From NCBI GenBank assembly GCA_947594935.1, contig CANQEM010000005.1, positions 2,076 through 66,075 on the forward strand: a stretch of DNA of 64,000 nucleotides. The letters run 5' to 3'. The notes beneath the pieces were generated by a model that saw only the letters and a program-made list of their open reading frames with translations, made no database searches and had not been told where the DNA came from. Source of the stretch: an uncultured Clostridia bacterium (GTDB taxonomy: Bacteria > Bacillota > Clostridia > TANB77 > CAG-508). Position numbers and translations under genes: made by a program. This document shows positions 22,126 to 34,700 of this stretch, in pieces (the stretch's first letter is position 1; each line of letters starts with the position of its first letter).

Positions 22126-23190
22126 CTATTTATTTTTTATCATTATATAATGTGTTTTTGTTTCGTCAGTTTTTTTGAAGCCTAGCTTTTCATATAATTT
22201 AATAGCTTTTTCATTTATTTTAAATGCTTGTAATTTTACATCTTTTTCTTGATTTTCAAGTAAAATTTCTTTTAATATTGCGGTTCCAATTCCTCTATTT
22301 TGGTATTCTGGTTTTATGCAGATATTACCGATTTCAAAAGTATTGTTTTCAATTTCTTCTCCGTTATAGAAACCTACTAGCTTATTTTTTAAATATACTA
22401 ACTCGATGTTTTTTGAGTTCTCTTTCATAAACTTGCTAAATAATTTCTTTTGTATATCTTCATTCCACTCTCCATAGATGTTTTCTACATATTTTTGATA
22501 TACTTCCTTTTTTAGATTATATATAAATTGTATTTCTTCCTGGTTTCCATTTTTATGTGGTTTTATTTCTAGATTAGGTACATCCCAACTTAATCTGATA
22601 TTTCTTTGTGTAATTTCATTTTCAAGATGTTGGCTTTCCTTCTCTGAACTAATGCGGTCATTAGCCAAAGCTTGTGCATCTATTGAAAATATACATCCAC
22701 AGTATTTCTGCATGTATAATCCTAATTCACGTGCTTTTGCTTGTCCTTCTCTAAAACCTACTCTAAAATCACGGTAAATAAATTCCAGTCCGTATTTTTT
22801 TGCGATGTTTTCCCCTATTTCTTTTATAATCTCATGTTTTTGATATGGGCTTACTAGTAAAGTTGTTGTGATTGCATCATATCCATGTTCTTTTGCATAT
22901 TTTGCAGTTTGTTCTAATCTTACTGGATAGCAATAATCTTTACAGCGTGTGTTTATGCCTTTTGCTACATTTTCACAAAATGTAGTTAAGCCATATTCTT
23001 CTTCAAAGATTGCTTTTACACCTATTTTTTTACTGTATTCTTTTAAAGTGTCTCGCCTTGTTTTGTATTCAATATATGGGTGAATATTAGGGTTGTACCA
23101 ATATATTGTTGGTTCTATTCCCTCTGTTCTAAGTGAATCAATACAATATACACTACAAGGTGTGCAACATGTGTGCATAAGTAATTTCAT
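22126..23190 (-). CDS. queH: Epoxyqueuosine reductase QueH fused to a C-terminal GNAT domain
   Basis: LLMHTCCTPCS, YNPNIHP, LLVSPYQ, QKYCGCIFS; then ICIKPEYQNRGIGT and AIKLYEKLGF. Confidence 0.85.
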   Translation of the reverse strand: MKLLMHTCCTPCSVYCIDSLRTEGIEPTIYWYNPNIHPYIEYKTRRDTLKEYSKKIGVKAIFEEEYGLTTFCENVAKGINTRCKDYCYPVRLEQTAKYAKEHGYDAITTTLLVSPYQKHEIIKEIGENIAKKYGLEFIYRDFRVGFREGQAKARELGLYMQKYCGCIFSIDAQALANDRISSEKESQHLENEITQRNIRLSWDVPNLEIKPHKNGNQEEIQFIYNLKKEVYQKYVENIYGEWNEDIQKKLFSKFMKENSKNIELVYLKNKLVGFYNGEEIENNTFEIGNICIKPEYQNRGIGTAILKEILLENQEKDVKLQAFKINEKAIKLYEKLGFKKTDETKTHYIMIKNK

Positions 23191-23212
23191 TTTTTCACAC
23201 TTCTTTCTAAAT

Positions 23213-24766
23213 TTACTTTACTCCTTCAATTACAACATAGCTTTCAAAGTCTGTTACTTTGAAGCCTTCTAAATCATATAGTTCTTTATCTGCTTTTTCA
23301 ATCATGTAAACATTATTTTCATTGTTTTCTAATTCTGAAATGTCCTCAAAATGATAGTTTCCAAAGCTTATAACTTGCCTAAATGGCATATCTGGTGCAT
23401 CATATTCCACTGTTTCCACAAATTCTTTTGTGTTGTATTTTGTATAAAATAGTACATAAATATATGGTTCTTTTATTTTATCTGTAATATGTATTTGCTT
23501 GTCTTCAAGGTTCGAAATATATGAAATTGGTTCTTTTAGATTATCTTCAAATGTGTGTAGTTTATTACTATCTTGCATTATATATGTGTACATGAATAAT
23601 ATAAAAGAAATTACATACATGGCAATTACTGCATAAGTTATCTGTTTTTTTTGGCAAATAAAGTCAATTCCTAAAATCGTATAATAAATAATTGGTATAA
23701 ATATTATATTTAAACGATTTATATTAGGCTCACATATTGGAATTATGCAGATTGCAGCAATAAACCATAGATTAAATATCCAACTATATTTTATTTCCGA
23801 ATTTGATTTTTTACAGAAGTTTCGTACAACTCCCATTACTGTAAATGCAATAGAAAGCATGTAAATTACACCAAAACCATCAATTGCATTCCAGTCAAGT
23901 CCGTCATCTTGCAATAAAAGTATTGGTATTGCTTCTTTTATGTTTTCAAAAGATATTGATGTTATGCTTTGAAAACGATTAACTTCTAATTTTGGAATTG
24001 TCATAAATGGTAAATTTATTTGTGGCAAGTCAAAGGTGTTTATTAAAACATATAATATGATTGGTAATGCAATAATCGTAACAATTCCAAGTGAAACTAG
24101 TCCTTGAATAATTGTGATTTTCTTTTGCTTATATAAAATTATTAGTAGCGGAATTATAAATACTGGTAAAAATAAATATGATGTACCATACGCATACGCA
24201 CTAATTCCCGCTATTACAAAGCCCGAGTAATAAAATGGCTTTTTATTATCTTCCAAACCTTTTATAATAAAAAATACTGACAGCAAAATCAAATCTGGAA
24301 ATAAGTTAGATTCCAAGCCCCACCTACTTTTCATGATATGCCATGGACATATCACAAAAAAGGCTAGCCCAATTCTTGCAATTCTAGGGTTTGCAATTCT
24401 TTTTAATATTAAATACATTATCACTACTGATATTGAACTAATAATTGCCATTGGTAAACGAATTGCTAAAACATTTAAGCCAACAATGTATATAAATGGA
24501 ATTATAAGATAAGTTAATAGCGCATTTTGTCCGCTTCCCCATGCTTTTAAAAATACAGGCATGAAATTGCCATTTCTATCAATTCCATAATTTGCAATGC
24601 TAAAAGCTTCATATCCAGAAGATATTTCATCTACATTTATAGCATCAGGTAAATGTGCAATTCCAATTACTCTAATTGCAACACCTATCAATATCAATAT
24701 GATGATACTAATTTTATATCTTTTATTTACATCTATTTTCTTTATTTTATCGCATATACGCATCAT
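23213..24766 (-). CDS. GT-C fold membrane glycosyltransferase (ArnT/PMT-like)
   Basis: NVDE-x3-GYEA, PWHIMKSRWGLE, many TMs. Confidence 0.75.
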   Translation of the reverse strand: MMRICDKIKKIDVNKRYKISIIILILIGVAIRVIGIAHLPDAINVDEISSGYEAFSIANYGIDRNGNFMPVFLKAWGSGQNALLTYLIIPFIYIVGLNVLAIRLPMAIISSISVVIMYLILKRIANPRIARIGLAFFVICPWHIMKSRWGLESNLFPDLILLSVFFIIKGLEDNKKPFYYSGFVIAGISAYAYGTSYLFLPVFIIPLLIILYKQKKITIIQGLVSLGIVTIIALPIILYVLINTFDLPQINLPFMTIPKLEVNRFQSITSISFENIKEAIPILLLQDDGLDWNAIDGFGVIYMLSIAFTVMGVVRNFCKKSNSEIKYSWIFNLWFIAAICIIPICEPNINRLNIIFIPIIYYTILGIDFICQKKQITYAVIAMYVISFILFMYTYIMQDSNKLHTFEDNLKEPISYISNLEDKQIHITDKIKEPYIYVLFYTKYNTKEFVETVEYDAPDMPFRQVISFGNYHFEDISELENNENNVYMIEKADKELYDLEGFKVTDFESYVVIEGVK

Positions 24767-26261
24767 AATTTTCTATTTCCCCTACAAGTTTAAAATTTTC
24801 TTTTACATATTTAATAACTTTTAAAGGTGTTTGCCAGTTCAATGCCTCTCCATCTTTTTTTAGTAGGTATATCGTTTTTTCATCTGTAATGTTTTCTATT
24901 TTTTGTATTACGCCTTCTTCTCCATCTTTTCCTAGATTTCCTTTTAAAAGCATATCAAAATCTTTTGTATAATTATCAATTGGAATAGTGTAAATTGCAG
25001 CTTCTGCATCTAATACATACACTTTATTCCCTTCATTTTCTTTTTCTTTGATATATTTATCAAATTCGATAATCTTGTTTTTTAAATCTGCCTCTATTTC
25101 TATATTTTTATAGTGTGCAATTTCTTGGTTGAGTTTGCCTTCTTGTAATTTTAATATGTAATTATTTAAACTAGTTATCCCTACAATGGCAGTAAATGTA
25201 CACATTGTTACCCAAATGATTAGTGTGATAGTTTTATAATGCAATTTTTTATGTTTATAGTTTATCTTTTTATATATTTGTTTTCTTATTAAGAAAACGC
25301 TGTAACTAAATGTTATTAAAAGAATTGTTATTCCAATTAGAAAATGAATTTTATCAGAAATTGGATATATAACAGTTAACATTGGTAAACTATAAAGTGT
25401 TAATTTTTGTAAAGTTTCAAATTCTTCTTTTTCCTTTTTTCTAATTTTTATTATAATACTTGCTACAACAGTTGCCACAACAATGATTGGCATTGCAAAT
25501 GATAAAATTTTAATTACAATATCTTTTGTACGTAATAAACTACTATATGGCACATTGTTATTAAATGTAGCTATTCCATATACTGCATAGCTCATAAAAT
25601 CTTGAAATGAATTAGTTACAAGTAAATATACTAATAATATAATACATGGAATAGCAATTCCAATTATTCTTTTCCCTATTTCCTTTAAAGTTGGTTTTAT
25701 GTCTTGCTTTTTAGTTATTTTAATTAGTGGTGCAATAACAGTTCCAATGGCTATCATTAGTCCTATACTTTGTTTTGTACAAATGGCAAGCCCTGCCAGT
25801 ACTCCAATTAAAAGTGGCTTTTCATCATTTTTTAGTTCTAAATATAAAATGATTAAACATAAAAGTAAAGCCATATAATTGTAATCAATGCAAAATACAT
25901 CTTTAAATAGCCAGCCTATTGATATTGTAACTATTAAACTAAAATTTGTTTCTTTAACAGTTGTTTTTAATATTTTAAAAATCATGTATAATATTGCTGT
26001 TGCAAGTATTGCCGTTAAAATTCGCATCATAATCAATTCATTTGATATTAGTTTTAAAAAAACGCTGTTTATAAATGGTAGTAGTGGAGTTGTGATTGTG
26101 CTTATATCTTTATAAGGCAATTTTCCGTCTGCTATGTTTTTTGCAACATTATAGTTCCAAAGTTCGTCTAAGTCTCCAACTTGGTTTATTATAATTACAC
26201 TCAAAACCATAATAAATATAAAGATTATTAAAAGATACTCTTTTTTTAAAAATCTTTTCAT
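24747..26261 (-). CDS. GT-C fold membrane glycosyltransferase-like protein
   Basis: DLDELWNY...LPYKD...PL, TKQSIG, many TMs. Confidence 0.65.
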   Translation of the reverse strand: MKRFLKKEYLLIIFIFIMVLSVIIINQVGDLDELWNYNVAKNIADGKLPYKDISTITTPLLPFINSVFLKLISNELIMMRILTAILATAILYMIFKILKTTVKETNFSLIVTISIGWLFKDVFCIDYNYMALLLCLIILYLELKNDEKPLLIGVLAGLAICTKQSIGLMIAIGTVIAPLIKITKKQDIKPTLKEIGKRIIGIAIPCIILLVYLLVTNSFQDFMSYAVYGIATFNNNVPYSSLLRTKDIVIKILSFAMPIIVVATVVASIIIKIRKKEKEEFETLQKLTLYSLPMLTVIYPISDKIHFLIGITILLITFSYSVFLIRKQIYKKINYKHKKLHYKTITLIIWVTMCTFTAIVGITSLNNYILKLQEGKLNQEIAHYKNIEIEADLKNKIIEFDKYIKEKENEGNKVYVLDAEAAIYTIPIDNYTKDFDMLLKGNLGKDGEEGVIQKIENITDEKTIYLLKKDGEALNWQTPLKVIKYVKENFKLVGEIENYDAYMR

Positions 26262-26280
26262 GAGTTTTCCTTTCTGATTT

Positions 26281-27288
26281 CTAGCTTTCCATATAGCTAT
26301 ATCCTAAATGTTGATATGCTGGTGGTAATACCATTCTTCCTCTTAAAGTTCTAGCTATAAAGCCAATTTGAATTAAATATGGCTCATACACATCTTCAAT
26401 TGTGTCAACTTCTTCACCAATTGTTGCAGCTAATGCTTCTATTCCAACAGGTTTTCCAGAATATTGAACAATCATTGTTTCTAAAAGTTTTCTATCAATT
26501 TCATCTAAGCCTAATTCGTCAATTTCAAGCTTATTCAAGGCGTGTTTTGTAATTTTTAAATTGATTTCTCCATCACCTAAAACTGCTGCATAATCTCTAA
26601 CTCTTTTTAATAATCTATTTGCAATTCTTGGTGTTCCTCTTGACCTTCTAGCAATTTCAACTGCTGCTTCTTCTTGAATTTTGACTTCTAATATACTGCT
26701 AGAACGTTTTACAATTTTAGTTAAATCTTCAACAGAATATAGTTCTAATCTATGTACAATTCCAAATCTATCTCTTAAAGGTGTTGTTAATGCACCAGCT
26801 TTTGTTGTTGCACCAATAAGAGTGAATTTAGGTAAATCAAGCCTAATTGACCTAGCGCTTGGACCTTTTCCTATAATAATATCTAATGTGTAATCTTCCA
26901 AGGCTGGGTATAAAATTTCTTCAACACTTTTGCTAAGCCTATGAATTTCATCAATAAATAACACATCAAATTCTGATAAATTTGTTAATAATGCTGCTAA
27001 ATCTCCTGGCTTTTCTATTGCTGGTCCAGAAGTGATTTTTATATTTGCATTCATTTCATTTGATATAATATTTGAAAGTGTGGTTTTTCCTAATCCTGGT
27101 GGTCCATAAAGTAAAACATGGTCAAGGGCTTCTCCTCTTTTTTTCGCCGCTTCTATATATATTTTCATATTCTCTTTTATTTTATCTTGTCCAATATATT
27201 CATCCAAAGTTTTGGGTCTTAGCGAATTTTCTAGCCTTTCTTCCACAGAGTTTTCTAGTTCTGGGTTTATTATTCTTTCTTCTTCCAT
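26281..27288 (-). CDS. ruvB: Holliday junction branch-migration helicase RuvB
   Basis: [39 protein letters not shown]. Confidence 0.97.
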   Translation of the reverse strand: MEEERIINPELENSVEERLENSLRPKTLDEYIGQDKIKENMKIYIEAAKKRGEALDHVLLYGPPGLGKTTLSNIISNEMNANIKITSGPAIEKPGDLAALLTNLSEFDVLFIDEIHRLSKSVEEILYPALEDYTLDIIIGKGPSARSIRLDLPKFTLIGATTKAGALTTPLRDRFGIVHRLELYSVEDLTKIVKRSSSILEVKIQEEAAVEIARRSRGTPRIANRLLKRVRDYAAVLGDGEINLKITKHALNKLEIDELGLDEIDRKLLETMIVQYSGKPVGIEALAATIGEEVDTIEDVYEPYLIQIGFIARTLRGRMVLPPAYQHLGYSYMES

Positions 27289-27303
27289 ATATATCTTCCT
27301 TTC

Positions 27304-27792
27304 TCAGGCTGTATATGTATTTTCAATAAAATCTTCTATTATTTTTATGATTTTTCTATTATTTGATATGTATTTTACAGGTTCAAAAGTTTTTGCTTTT
27401 TCAATTGCTCCTTCTAATTCTTCGACTTCATTAACACCTATAATATAACCTTTTTGCGTGAAGGCTTGTACTATCTCTTTTTGGTGGTCATTTACATGTT
27501 CGCCATATTGATGTTTTCTTGGCACTGCAATTACTTTTTTTCCTAATTTTAAAGATGATACAATTGATGCCCCTCCGCCATGTGTGATGATAAGTGAGGC
27601 TTGTTTTTGATATTCACCTATTTTGGTTTTTGAAATTAGTGCAAATTGCTTCATGTTTTTACTTTCATATTTTGTATATCCTGCTTGTACGATAACTTCT
27701 TCTTGAATTACCTTTTTTTCTATCAGCTTATCCACTTCTTCTAATAATCTGTGGAAACTGTTATTTTGAGTTCCTAGCATAATAAATATCAT
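27304..27792 (-). CDS. PssE/CpsG (Alg13-like) glycosyltransferase subunit
   Basis: MIFIMLGTQ, ITHGG, VPR, GEHVNDHQ; ATG overlaps upstream TAA (TAATG). Confidence 0.85.
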   Translation of the reverse strand: MIFIMLGTQNNSFHRLLEEVDKLIEKKVIQEEVIVQAGYTKYESKNMKQFALISKTKIGEYQKQASLIITHGGGASIVSSLKLGKKVIAVPRKHQYGEHVNDHQKEIVQAFTQKGYIIGVNEVEELEGAIEKAKTFEPVKYISNNRKIIKIIEDFIENTYTA

Positions 27793-28265
27793 TAAAATAT
27801 TACCCCTCCGTATACCGCTTTTGGATATAGTTTTAACATTTCTTCCCATTGCACAATAAATAAATCTGCAATTGGATAAATTAGTCTGCCTGTTGCGGTT
27901 TTTTTATTTATATTTGCCATTGTTTCTATATAAATAATTTTACTTCCAAAAATCTTGCCTAAAATGCACATTGGACCTGCTGTATGTGTTCCTGTTGTTA
28001 TGATTATTTTCGGTCTTATTTTACAATATAAATATACTGTTTTTATGCACAAATATAAATATTTAAAAATATAACTAAAAAGTTTTGCTCTTGTTCCATA
28101 AGGTAGAAAATATAATTTATTTCCATATTCTTCTTTTAAGCTTATATTTGATTCATCTTTTTCTGTGATGATGTTATAGTCATATTTTTTAAATAATGGT
28201 TTTAATTGCAATAATTCTTCGAGATGTCCACCTGTACTAGAAATGAATAGTATCTTTTTCCTCAT
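27792..28265 (-). CDS. PssD/CpsF (Alg14-like) glycosyltransferase subunit
   Basis: SSTGGHLEEL, IITTG, IYIET, FIVQWE. Confidence 0.85.
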   Translation of the reverse strand: MRKKILFISSTGGHLEELLQLKPLFKKYDYNIITEKDESNISLKEEYGNKLYFLPYGTRAKLFSYIFKYLYLCIKTVYLYCKIRPKIIITTGTHTAGPMCILGKIFGSKIIYIETMANINKKTATGRLIYPIADLFIVQWEEMLKLYPKAVYGGVIF

Positions 28266-28340
28266 TTTCAAGCTTTTTCCTTTCTGATTTTCTAACACCC
28301 TTATTATATCGTTTTTTTCTTTTTATGTCTAGCAATTTGC

Positions 28341-28378
28341 AAAAAAACTAAGATTTTTAAATCAAAATCTTAGTTTTT
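28341..28378 (-). terminator. Intrinsic terminator after dnaJ
   Basis: AAAAACTAAGATTTT...AAAATCTTAGTTTTT inverted repeat. Confidence 0.7.
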
Positions 28379-28382
28379 AATC

Positions 28383-29540
28383 TTATCCGAATAGTCCACG
28401 CTTTTTTACTGGCGGTTGCTCGTTCATTGTTTTTGCAAGTTGCGTTAACAAGTCTCGTTGCTCTTTTGTCAACCTTTTTGGAGTTTGAACAATAACAGTA
28501 AAAATAAAGTCTCCCTGCATTGATGAATTAACATTTTTAAAGCCTTTATTTCTGATTGTAAATTTAGAACCTGTTTGTGTGGCTTCTGGAATTTTATAAA
28601 ATTCTTTTGTTCCATCTACCATTGGTATTTCAAGTTCAGCTCCAAGAGTTGCTTGTGTAATTGTAATAGGCACTTCGCATAATACATTATTTCCTTTTCT
28701 GGTGTAAACACCATGCCTTTTTATTCTAACTGTTATATATAAATCTCCATTTTGTCCGCCTTTTTCTCCTGGTTCACCTTCTCCTCTTAGTGCAACAGAT
28801 TGGTCATCATCAATTCCTGCTGGTATATGAACTTTGATTTTTGGCTGTTTTCTAACAGTTCCTCTACCTTTACATATATCACATGGTTCTTTGATGATTT
28901 CTCCTGTTCCATGACAATCTGGACATGTTCTAGTTGTTTGCACTTGCCCTAAAATAGTATTTTGTACTTGTTTGATTTGCCCTGTTCCTTGGCAGTTTGG
29001 ACATTTCATTGGGTTTGTTCCCGGCTTTGCACCAGTTCCATGGCAATGACTACATTTTTCATTTCTTGTAATTACTATTTCTTTGTCTACACCTAAGTAA
29101 GCTTCTTCAAAAGATATTTCCATCCTTAGGTTTAAATCTGCACCTCTTTTAGGTCCTGTTTGCCTTCTTGATTGCTTGCCACCAAAACCTGTAAAAAATG
29201 AAAATATATCTCCTAAGTCTCCAAAATCTCCAAAGCCATCAAACCCAGAACCATTATAAGAATAATATCCGCCTTGCCCTCCAAAAGGACCTCCGGCTCC
29301 TCCAAAGCCTTGTGGTCCATCTGGTCCAAATTGGTCATACATTCTTCTTTTTTGAGGGTCTGACAAAGTTTCATAAGCTTCATTTACTTCTTTAAATTTT
29401 GCTTCTGCTTCTTTTTTGTTGTCGGGGTTTGCGTCTGGATGATATTGTTTTGCCAATTTTCTAAATGCTTTCTTTAATTCATCATCTGTCGCATTTTTAT
29501 TGACTCCTAGCACTTCATAATAGTCTCTTTTACTAGCCAT
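28383..29540 (-). CDS. dnaJ: Chaperone DnaJ
   Basis: J-domain HPD, G/F-rich region, four CxxCxGxG repeats. Confidence 0.97.
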   Translation of the reverse strand: MASKRDYYEVLGVNKNATDDELKKAFRKLAKQYHPDANPDNKKEAEAKFKEVNEAYETLSDPQKRRMYDQFGPDGPQGFGGAGGPFGGQGGYYSYNGSGFDGFGDFGDLGDIFSFFTGFGGKQSRRQTGPKRGADLNLRMEISFEEAYLGVDKEIVITRNEKCSHCHGTGAKPGTNPMKCPNCQGTGQIKQVQNTILGQVQTTRTCPDCHGTGEIIKEPCDICKGRGTVRKQPKIKVHIPAGIDDDQSVALRGEGEPGEKGGQNGDLYITVRIKRHGVYTRKGNNVLCEVPITITQATLGAELEIPMVDGTKEFYKIPEATQTGSKFTIRNKGFKNVNSSMQGDFIFTVIVQTPKRLTKEQRDLLTQLAKTMNEQPPVKKRGLFG

Positions 29541-29558
29541 CGTTTTTTCCTTTCAATC

Positions 29559-31418
<1,860 letters not shown>

Positions 31419-31463
31419 CTAAAATATATTTTAAAATTTAATAACTTAAATTATTGATTTGAG

Positions 31464-31739
31464 CTAAAATTTGCTCCCCATGTGCATATTTTGAGCAATC
31501 CATAACATTGTCATAATATGTAAAATAAGCATAATGATTGATATTATCAAAAAAATCAAAAATACTATTGTTTTTTTACTTGATTTCTTTTCTTTTGTTT
31601 TATCTGACACTCTACTTTTGATATATAATATCATGAAAGTTGTAATTAGAGTTATAGAAATTATTCCTCCTAAGCCTATCCATCCTAAAATTATTGGTTC
31701 TAAAAAACTTATATCGGTTACTGTTGCTTTCACTAGCAT
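31464..31739 (-). CDS. Small two-TM protein, paralog of 31765-32031
   Basis: GGGGGA RBS; LGW...YIKSRVSDKT...IISIIMLILHIMTMLW. Confidence 0.7.
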   Translation of the reverse strand: MLVKATVTDISFLEPIILGWIGLGGIISITLITTFMILYIKSRVSDKTKEKKSSKKTIVFLIFLIISIIMLILHIMTMLWIAQNMHMGSKF

Positions 31740-31764
31740 TCCCCCTAAAAAAGTTCATCTTTTA

Positions 31765-32031
31765 CTAACTTATTTCTATACTACTAAGGCTGTGGAAAAG
31801 CCATACCATTGTTATGATATGTAAAACAAGTATAATGATTGATATTATGAATAAAATTTTAAATACTTTCGTTTTTTTACTTGTTTTATCTGATACTCTG
31901 TTTTTGATGTAAAATATCATAAACATTACCATTAAAGTTAGAGAAGTTACTCCGCCATACCTTACCCATCCTAGAACTATGGAGTCAAAAAATTCTGACA
32001 ATCCATTTGTGGCATTTGCTGATATTTGCAT
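31765..32031 (-). CDS. Small two-TM protein, paralog of 31464-31739
   Basis: GAGGGGG RBS; LGW...YIKNRVSDKT...IISIIILVLHIITMVW. Confidence 0.7.
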   Translation of the reverse strand: MQISANATNGLSEFFDSIVLGWVRYGGVTSLTLMVMFMIFYIKNRVSDKTSKKTKVFKILFIISIIILVLHIITMVWLFHSLSSIEIS

Positions 32032-32054
32032 TAAAATTCCCCCTCTAATATACT

Positions 32055-32537
32055 TTAATTTGCTACTACTACCATTGAGTGTCTTATAACTTTTGTTCCT
32101 ATTCTGTAACCTTTTCTATATTCTTGCACAATTTCCTTTTCGCCTTTTTCCTTATCTTGAATACTAGATACTGCTTCATGTAATTCTGGATCAAAAGTTT
32201 CTCCTACTGTTTTGATTTCTTCAACCCCCTTTGCTTTTAAGGTGTCTTGGAATTGTTTTAATACTAATTCAATTCCCTTTTTAAATTCTTCATCTTTCGT
32301 TTCTACCTTTACTGCATTTTCTAAGTTGTCCATGATTGGTAGCATATTTTCTATTATATCCGCCAAAATTGTATTATATAAACTGTCTCTTTCTTTTTGG
32401 CTTCGTTTTTTGTGATTTTCAAATTCTGCTAACACCCTTTTATATCTATCTGTAAGTTCATCTAGTTCTTGTTGCTTTGGGTCAACTTCCATATTTTCCT
32501 CTAATTCTTCTTTCTTTTCATTTTCTGCCATTTTCAT
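32055..32537 (-). CDS. grpE: Nucleotide exchange factor GrpE
   Basis: AEFENHKKR, FDPELHEA, KGY...RHSMVVV. Confidence 0.95.
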   Translation of the reverse strand: MKMAENEKKEELEENMEVDPKQQELDELTDRYKRVLAEFENHKKRSQKERDSLYNTILADIIENMLPIMDNLENAVKVETKDEEFKKGIELVLKQFQDTLKAKGVEEIKTVGETFDPELHEAVSSIQDKEKGEKEIVQEYRKGYRIGTKVIRHSMVVVAN

Positions 32538-32545
32538 TCCTCCTT

Positions 32546-33557
32546 TTACATATCTTTTTCATTTAATTTTTTGCTTATATATTTCATAACAGAAATTACT
32601 TTTGAATAATCCATCCTCTTTGGTCCAATGATTCCTATTGTGCCTAAGTCTTTGTTCCCTACTTTATGTTTAAAAGTAATGATACTAAAATCTTTTAATT
32701 CTTCTTTCTCGTTTTCATCACCAATATATACATTTATATCTTTTGCAAACCCATTGTTTAACATGTCTGTCATTAAATCTTTTTCATCAATTATATTTAT
32801 AAAATTTTTTGCAACTGCTAAACTGTTAAATTCTGGTAAGTCAAATGCTCTGTTGGCACCTTCTAAGTATAATTGTCTTTTTTCTTGTACAGCTTTTTTT
32901 ATTTGCTCAATTATTGGTTTGATAACTTTTACACTATATTTCATTTCATTTATTAAGTAATCTTGCAAAGGGATGTCTATAATTTCTAAGGGCTGATTTT
33001 TCAACTTTTTATTGAACATATAATTGATTGTTTCAATTTGTTTTTGTGTAACATCTTCATCGAATTTTATAATTGTTTCTTTGACTAAGCCGTCATTTGT
33101 TAAGATGATTGCCATTAACATACGGCTACCTAGTAAAACAAATTTTATTTCTTCTATTAGCTGAGTTTCTGTTCCAGGTCCAATTGCTACTGTTGTGTAA
33201 TGTGTGACTTCTGAAATAGTTGTTGTTGTTATTTTTGTAAGTTCTTCTATTTCATTGACTTTTGTTTCTAACTTGTCACTTATATATTTTATTTCTTCTA
33301 AGCTGATATTATCATCTCTTAATAATTCATCTACATAGTAGCGATAACCTTTTTCTGATGGAACTCTCCCGCTTGATGTGTGCGTTTTTTCTAGGTATCC
33401 AGCCTTTTCTAAGTCTGCCATCTCATTTCTAATTGTTGCACTACTATAATTCAATTCTTCTTTTCCGTGTTAATTGGTTTGAGCTGATTGGTTCTGCCGT
33501 ATTGACATATTCTTCTACAATAGCTTGTAAGACTTTTTTCTTTCTATTGTCTAACAA
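32546..33557 (-). CDS. hrcA: Heat-inducible repressor HrcA; +1 frame change at CGG 33465-33467; about 336 aa joined
   Basis: TTG TTA GAC...EPISSNQLT C-GGA AAA GAA GAA TTG AAT TAT AGT AGT gives G-KEELNYSSATIRNEMADLE; HTSSGR and GPKRMDY downstream. Confidence 0.92.
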
Positions 33558-33571
33558 TTTTATCACCCCTT

Positions 33572-33598
33572 TTAGCACTCTTAATGTTTGATTGCTAA
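33572..33598. promoter_or_regulatory. CIRCE operator
   Basis: TTAGCACTC-N9-GATTGCTAA, one mismatch to TTAGCACTC-N9-GAGTGCTAA, just upstream of hrcA. Confidence 0.9.
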
Positions 33599-33607
33599 TT
33601 CCTATAT

Positions 33608-33649
33608 ATATTATATCCATTTTTAGCACTTGTCAATACTTTCTGCTAA
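33608..33649 (-). promoter_or_regulatory. sigma-A promoter of the hrcA operon overlapped by a second degenerate CIRCE
   Basis: Minus strand TTGACA-17nt-TAATAT; TTAGCACTT-N9-TTCTGCTAA at 33623-33649. Confidence 0.65.
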
Positions 33650-33769
33650 TTTTTTTGTGAATTTTTTGTGTCCTATTATTTTTTTAAAAATATTGTCATT
33701 TTTACTTGAATTTATTTCTATTTTGGTATAGTATATAATGGTAATAAAGTGTACATAGGAGGATGGGTC

Positions 33770-34681
33770 ATGCCAAGAAATACAAAAGAACAGAAAAAAG
33801 TAGAAGAAAAAGAAACAAAGAAAGCAACTGTATCAGCTACGAAAACTAGTACAGCTGTTAAAAAAGCGACTACAAAAAAAGCAGAAGCCAAAAAATCTAC
33901 AACAACAAAAAAGGCTACTACTAAAACTAAAAAAGAAACAACAGCCAAAAAAGTTTCTACTATAAAAAGCAAAACTACAAAGTCAACTTCTACTGCAAAA
34001 AAATCAACAACTAAAAAGACCGCAACTAAGAAAGCCACAACCACAAGGACTAAAAAAGTTCCAGTTGAGAAAAAAGTTGATTTAGTAGAATATTATGACC
34101 TACCTTATCGTTATAATCAAACTGTTGTAAAAATACTTGCACAAACGCCAAATACCTTGTTCATTTATTGGGATATTTCTGACTATGATAGAGAAAACTT
34201 TAAAAATCAATACGGAGAGAATTTCTTTGAAAACACTCGTCCAATTTTGATAGTAACAAATAATACTATGAATTATCGTTTTGAAGTTGAAATAAATGAT
34301 TTTGCAAATTCTTGGTATTTGCGAGTTAAAGATACTGATTGCAATTATAGCATAGAACTTGGAAGAAAGCCTATTCCAGAACCTTCAATTGCAGAAGTTT
34401 TACCACAATATTTATATATTGCTACATCAAATTCTCTTACTTCTCCTAATGACCATATTTTGTTTACAACAGATGATTTTATTTTTAAAAATGTAAAAAC
34501 TAATACTTATACACATAAATCTTTTTCATCTTTGCAAATTAGAAAAGGCATGAGAAAAATATATAACATTTACGACCTTTACAAGAATTTATATGACACA
34601 GAAGAAGTTATTTATGATTTTGCAAACCCTTCTTCTGGTAACCCTACTTCTGGCAATTTTCGTGTAGGTAAATTTATTTAA
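33770..34681 (+). CDS. DUF4912-domain protein with Lys/Thr/Ala-rich N-terminal tail
   Basis: AGGAGG RBS; LPYRYNQTVVKILAQTP-x2-LFIYWD, SWY, ELG; upstream of a GH57 gene. Confidence 0.75.
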   Translation: MPRNTKEQKKVEEKETKKATVSATKTSTAVKKATTKKAEAKKSTTTKKATTKTKKETTAKKVSTIKSKTTKSTSTAKKSTTKKTATKKATTTRTKKVPVEKKVDLVEYYDLPYRYNQTVVKILAQTPNTLFIYWDISDYDRENFKNQYGENFFENTRPILIVTNNTMNYRFEVEINDFANSWYLRVKDTDCNYSIELGRKPIPEPSIAEVLPQYLYIATSNSLTSPNDHILFTTDDFIFKNVKTNTYTHKSFSSLQIRKGMRKIYNIYDLYKNLYDTEEVIYDFANPSSGNPTSGNFRVGKFI

Positions 34682-34700
34682 GATAAAAAGGAATGATACT

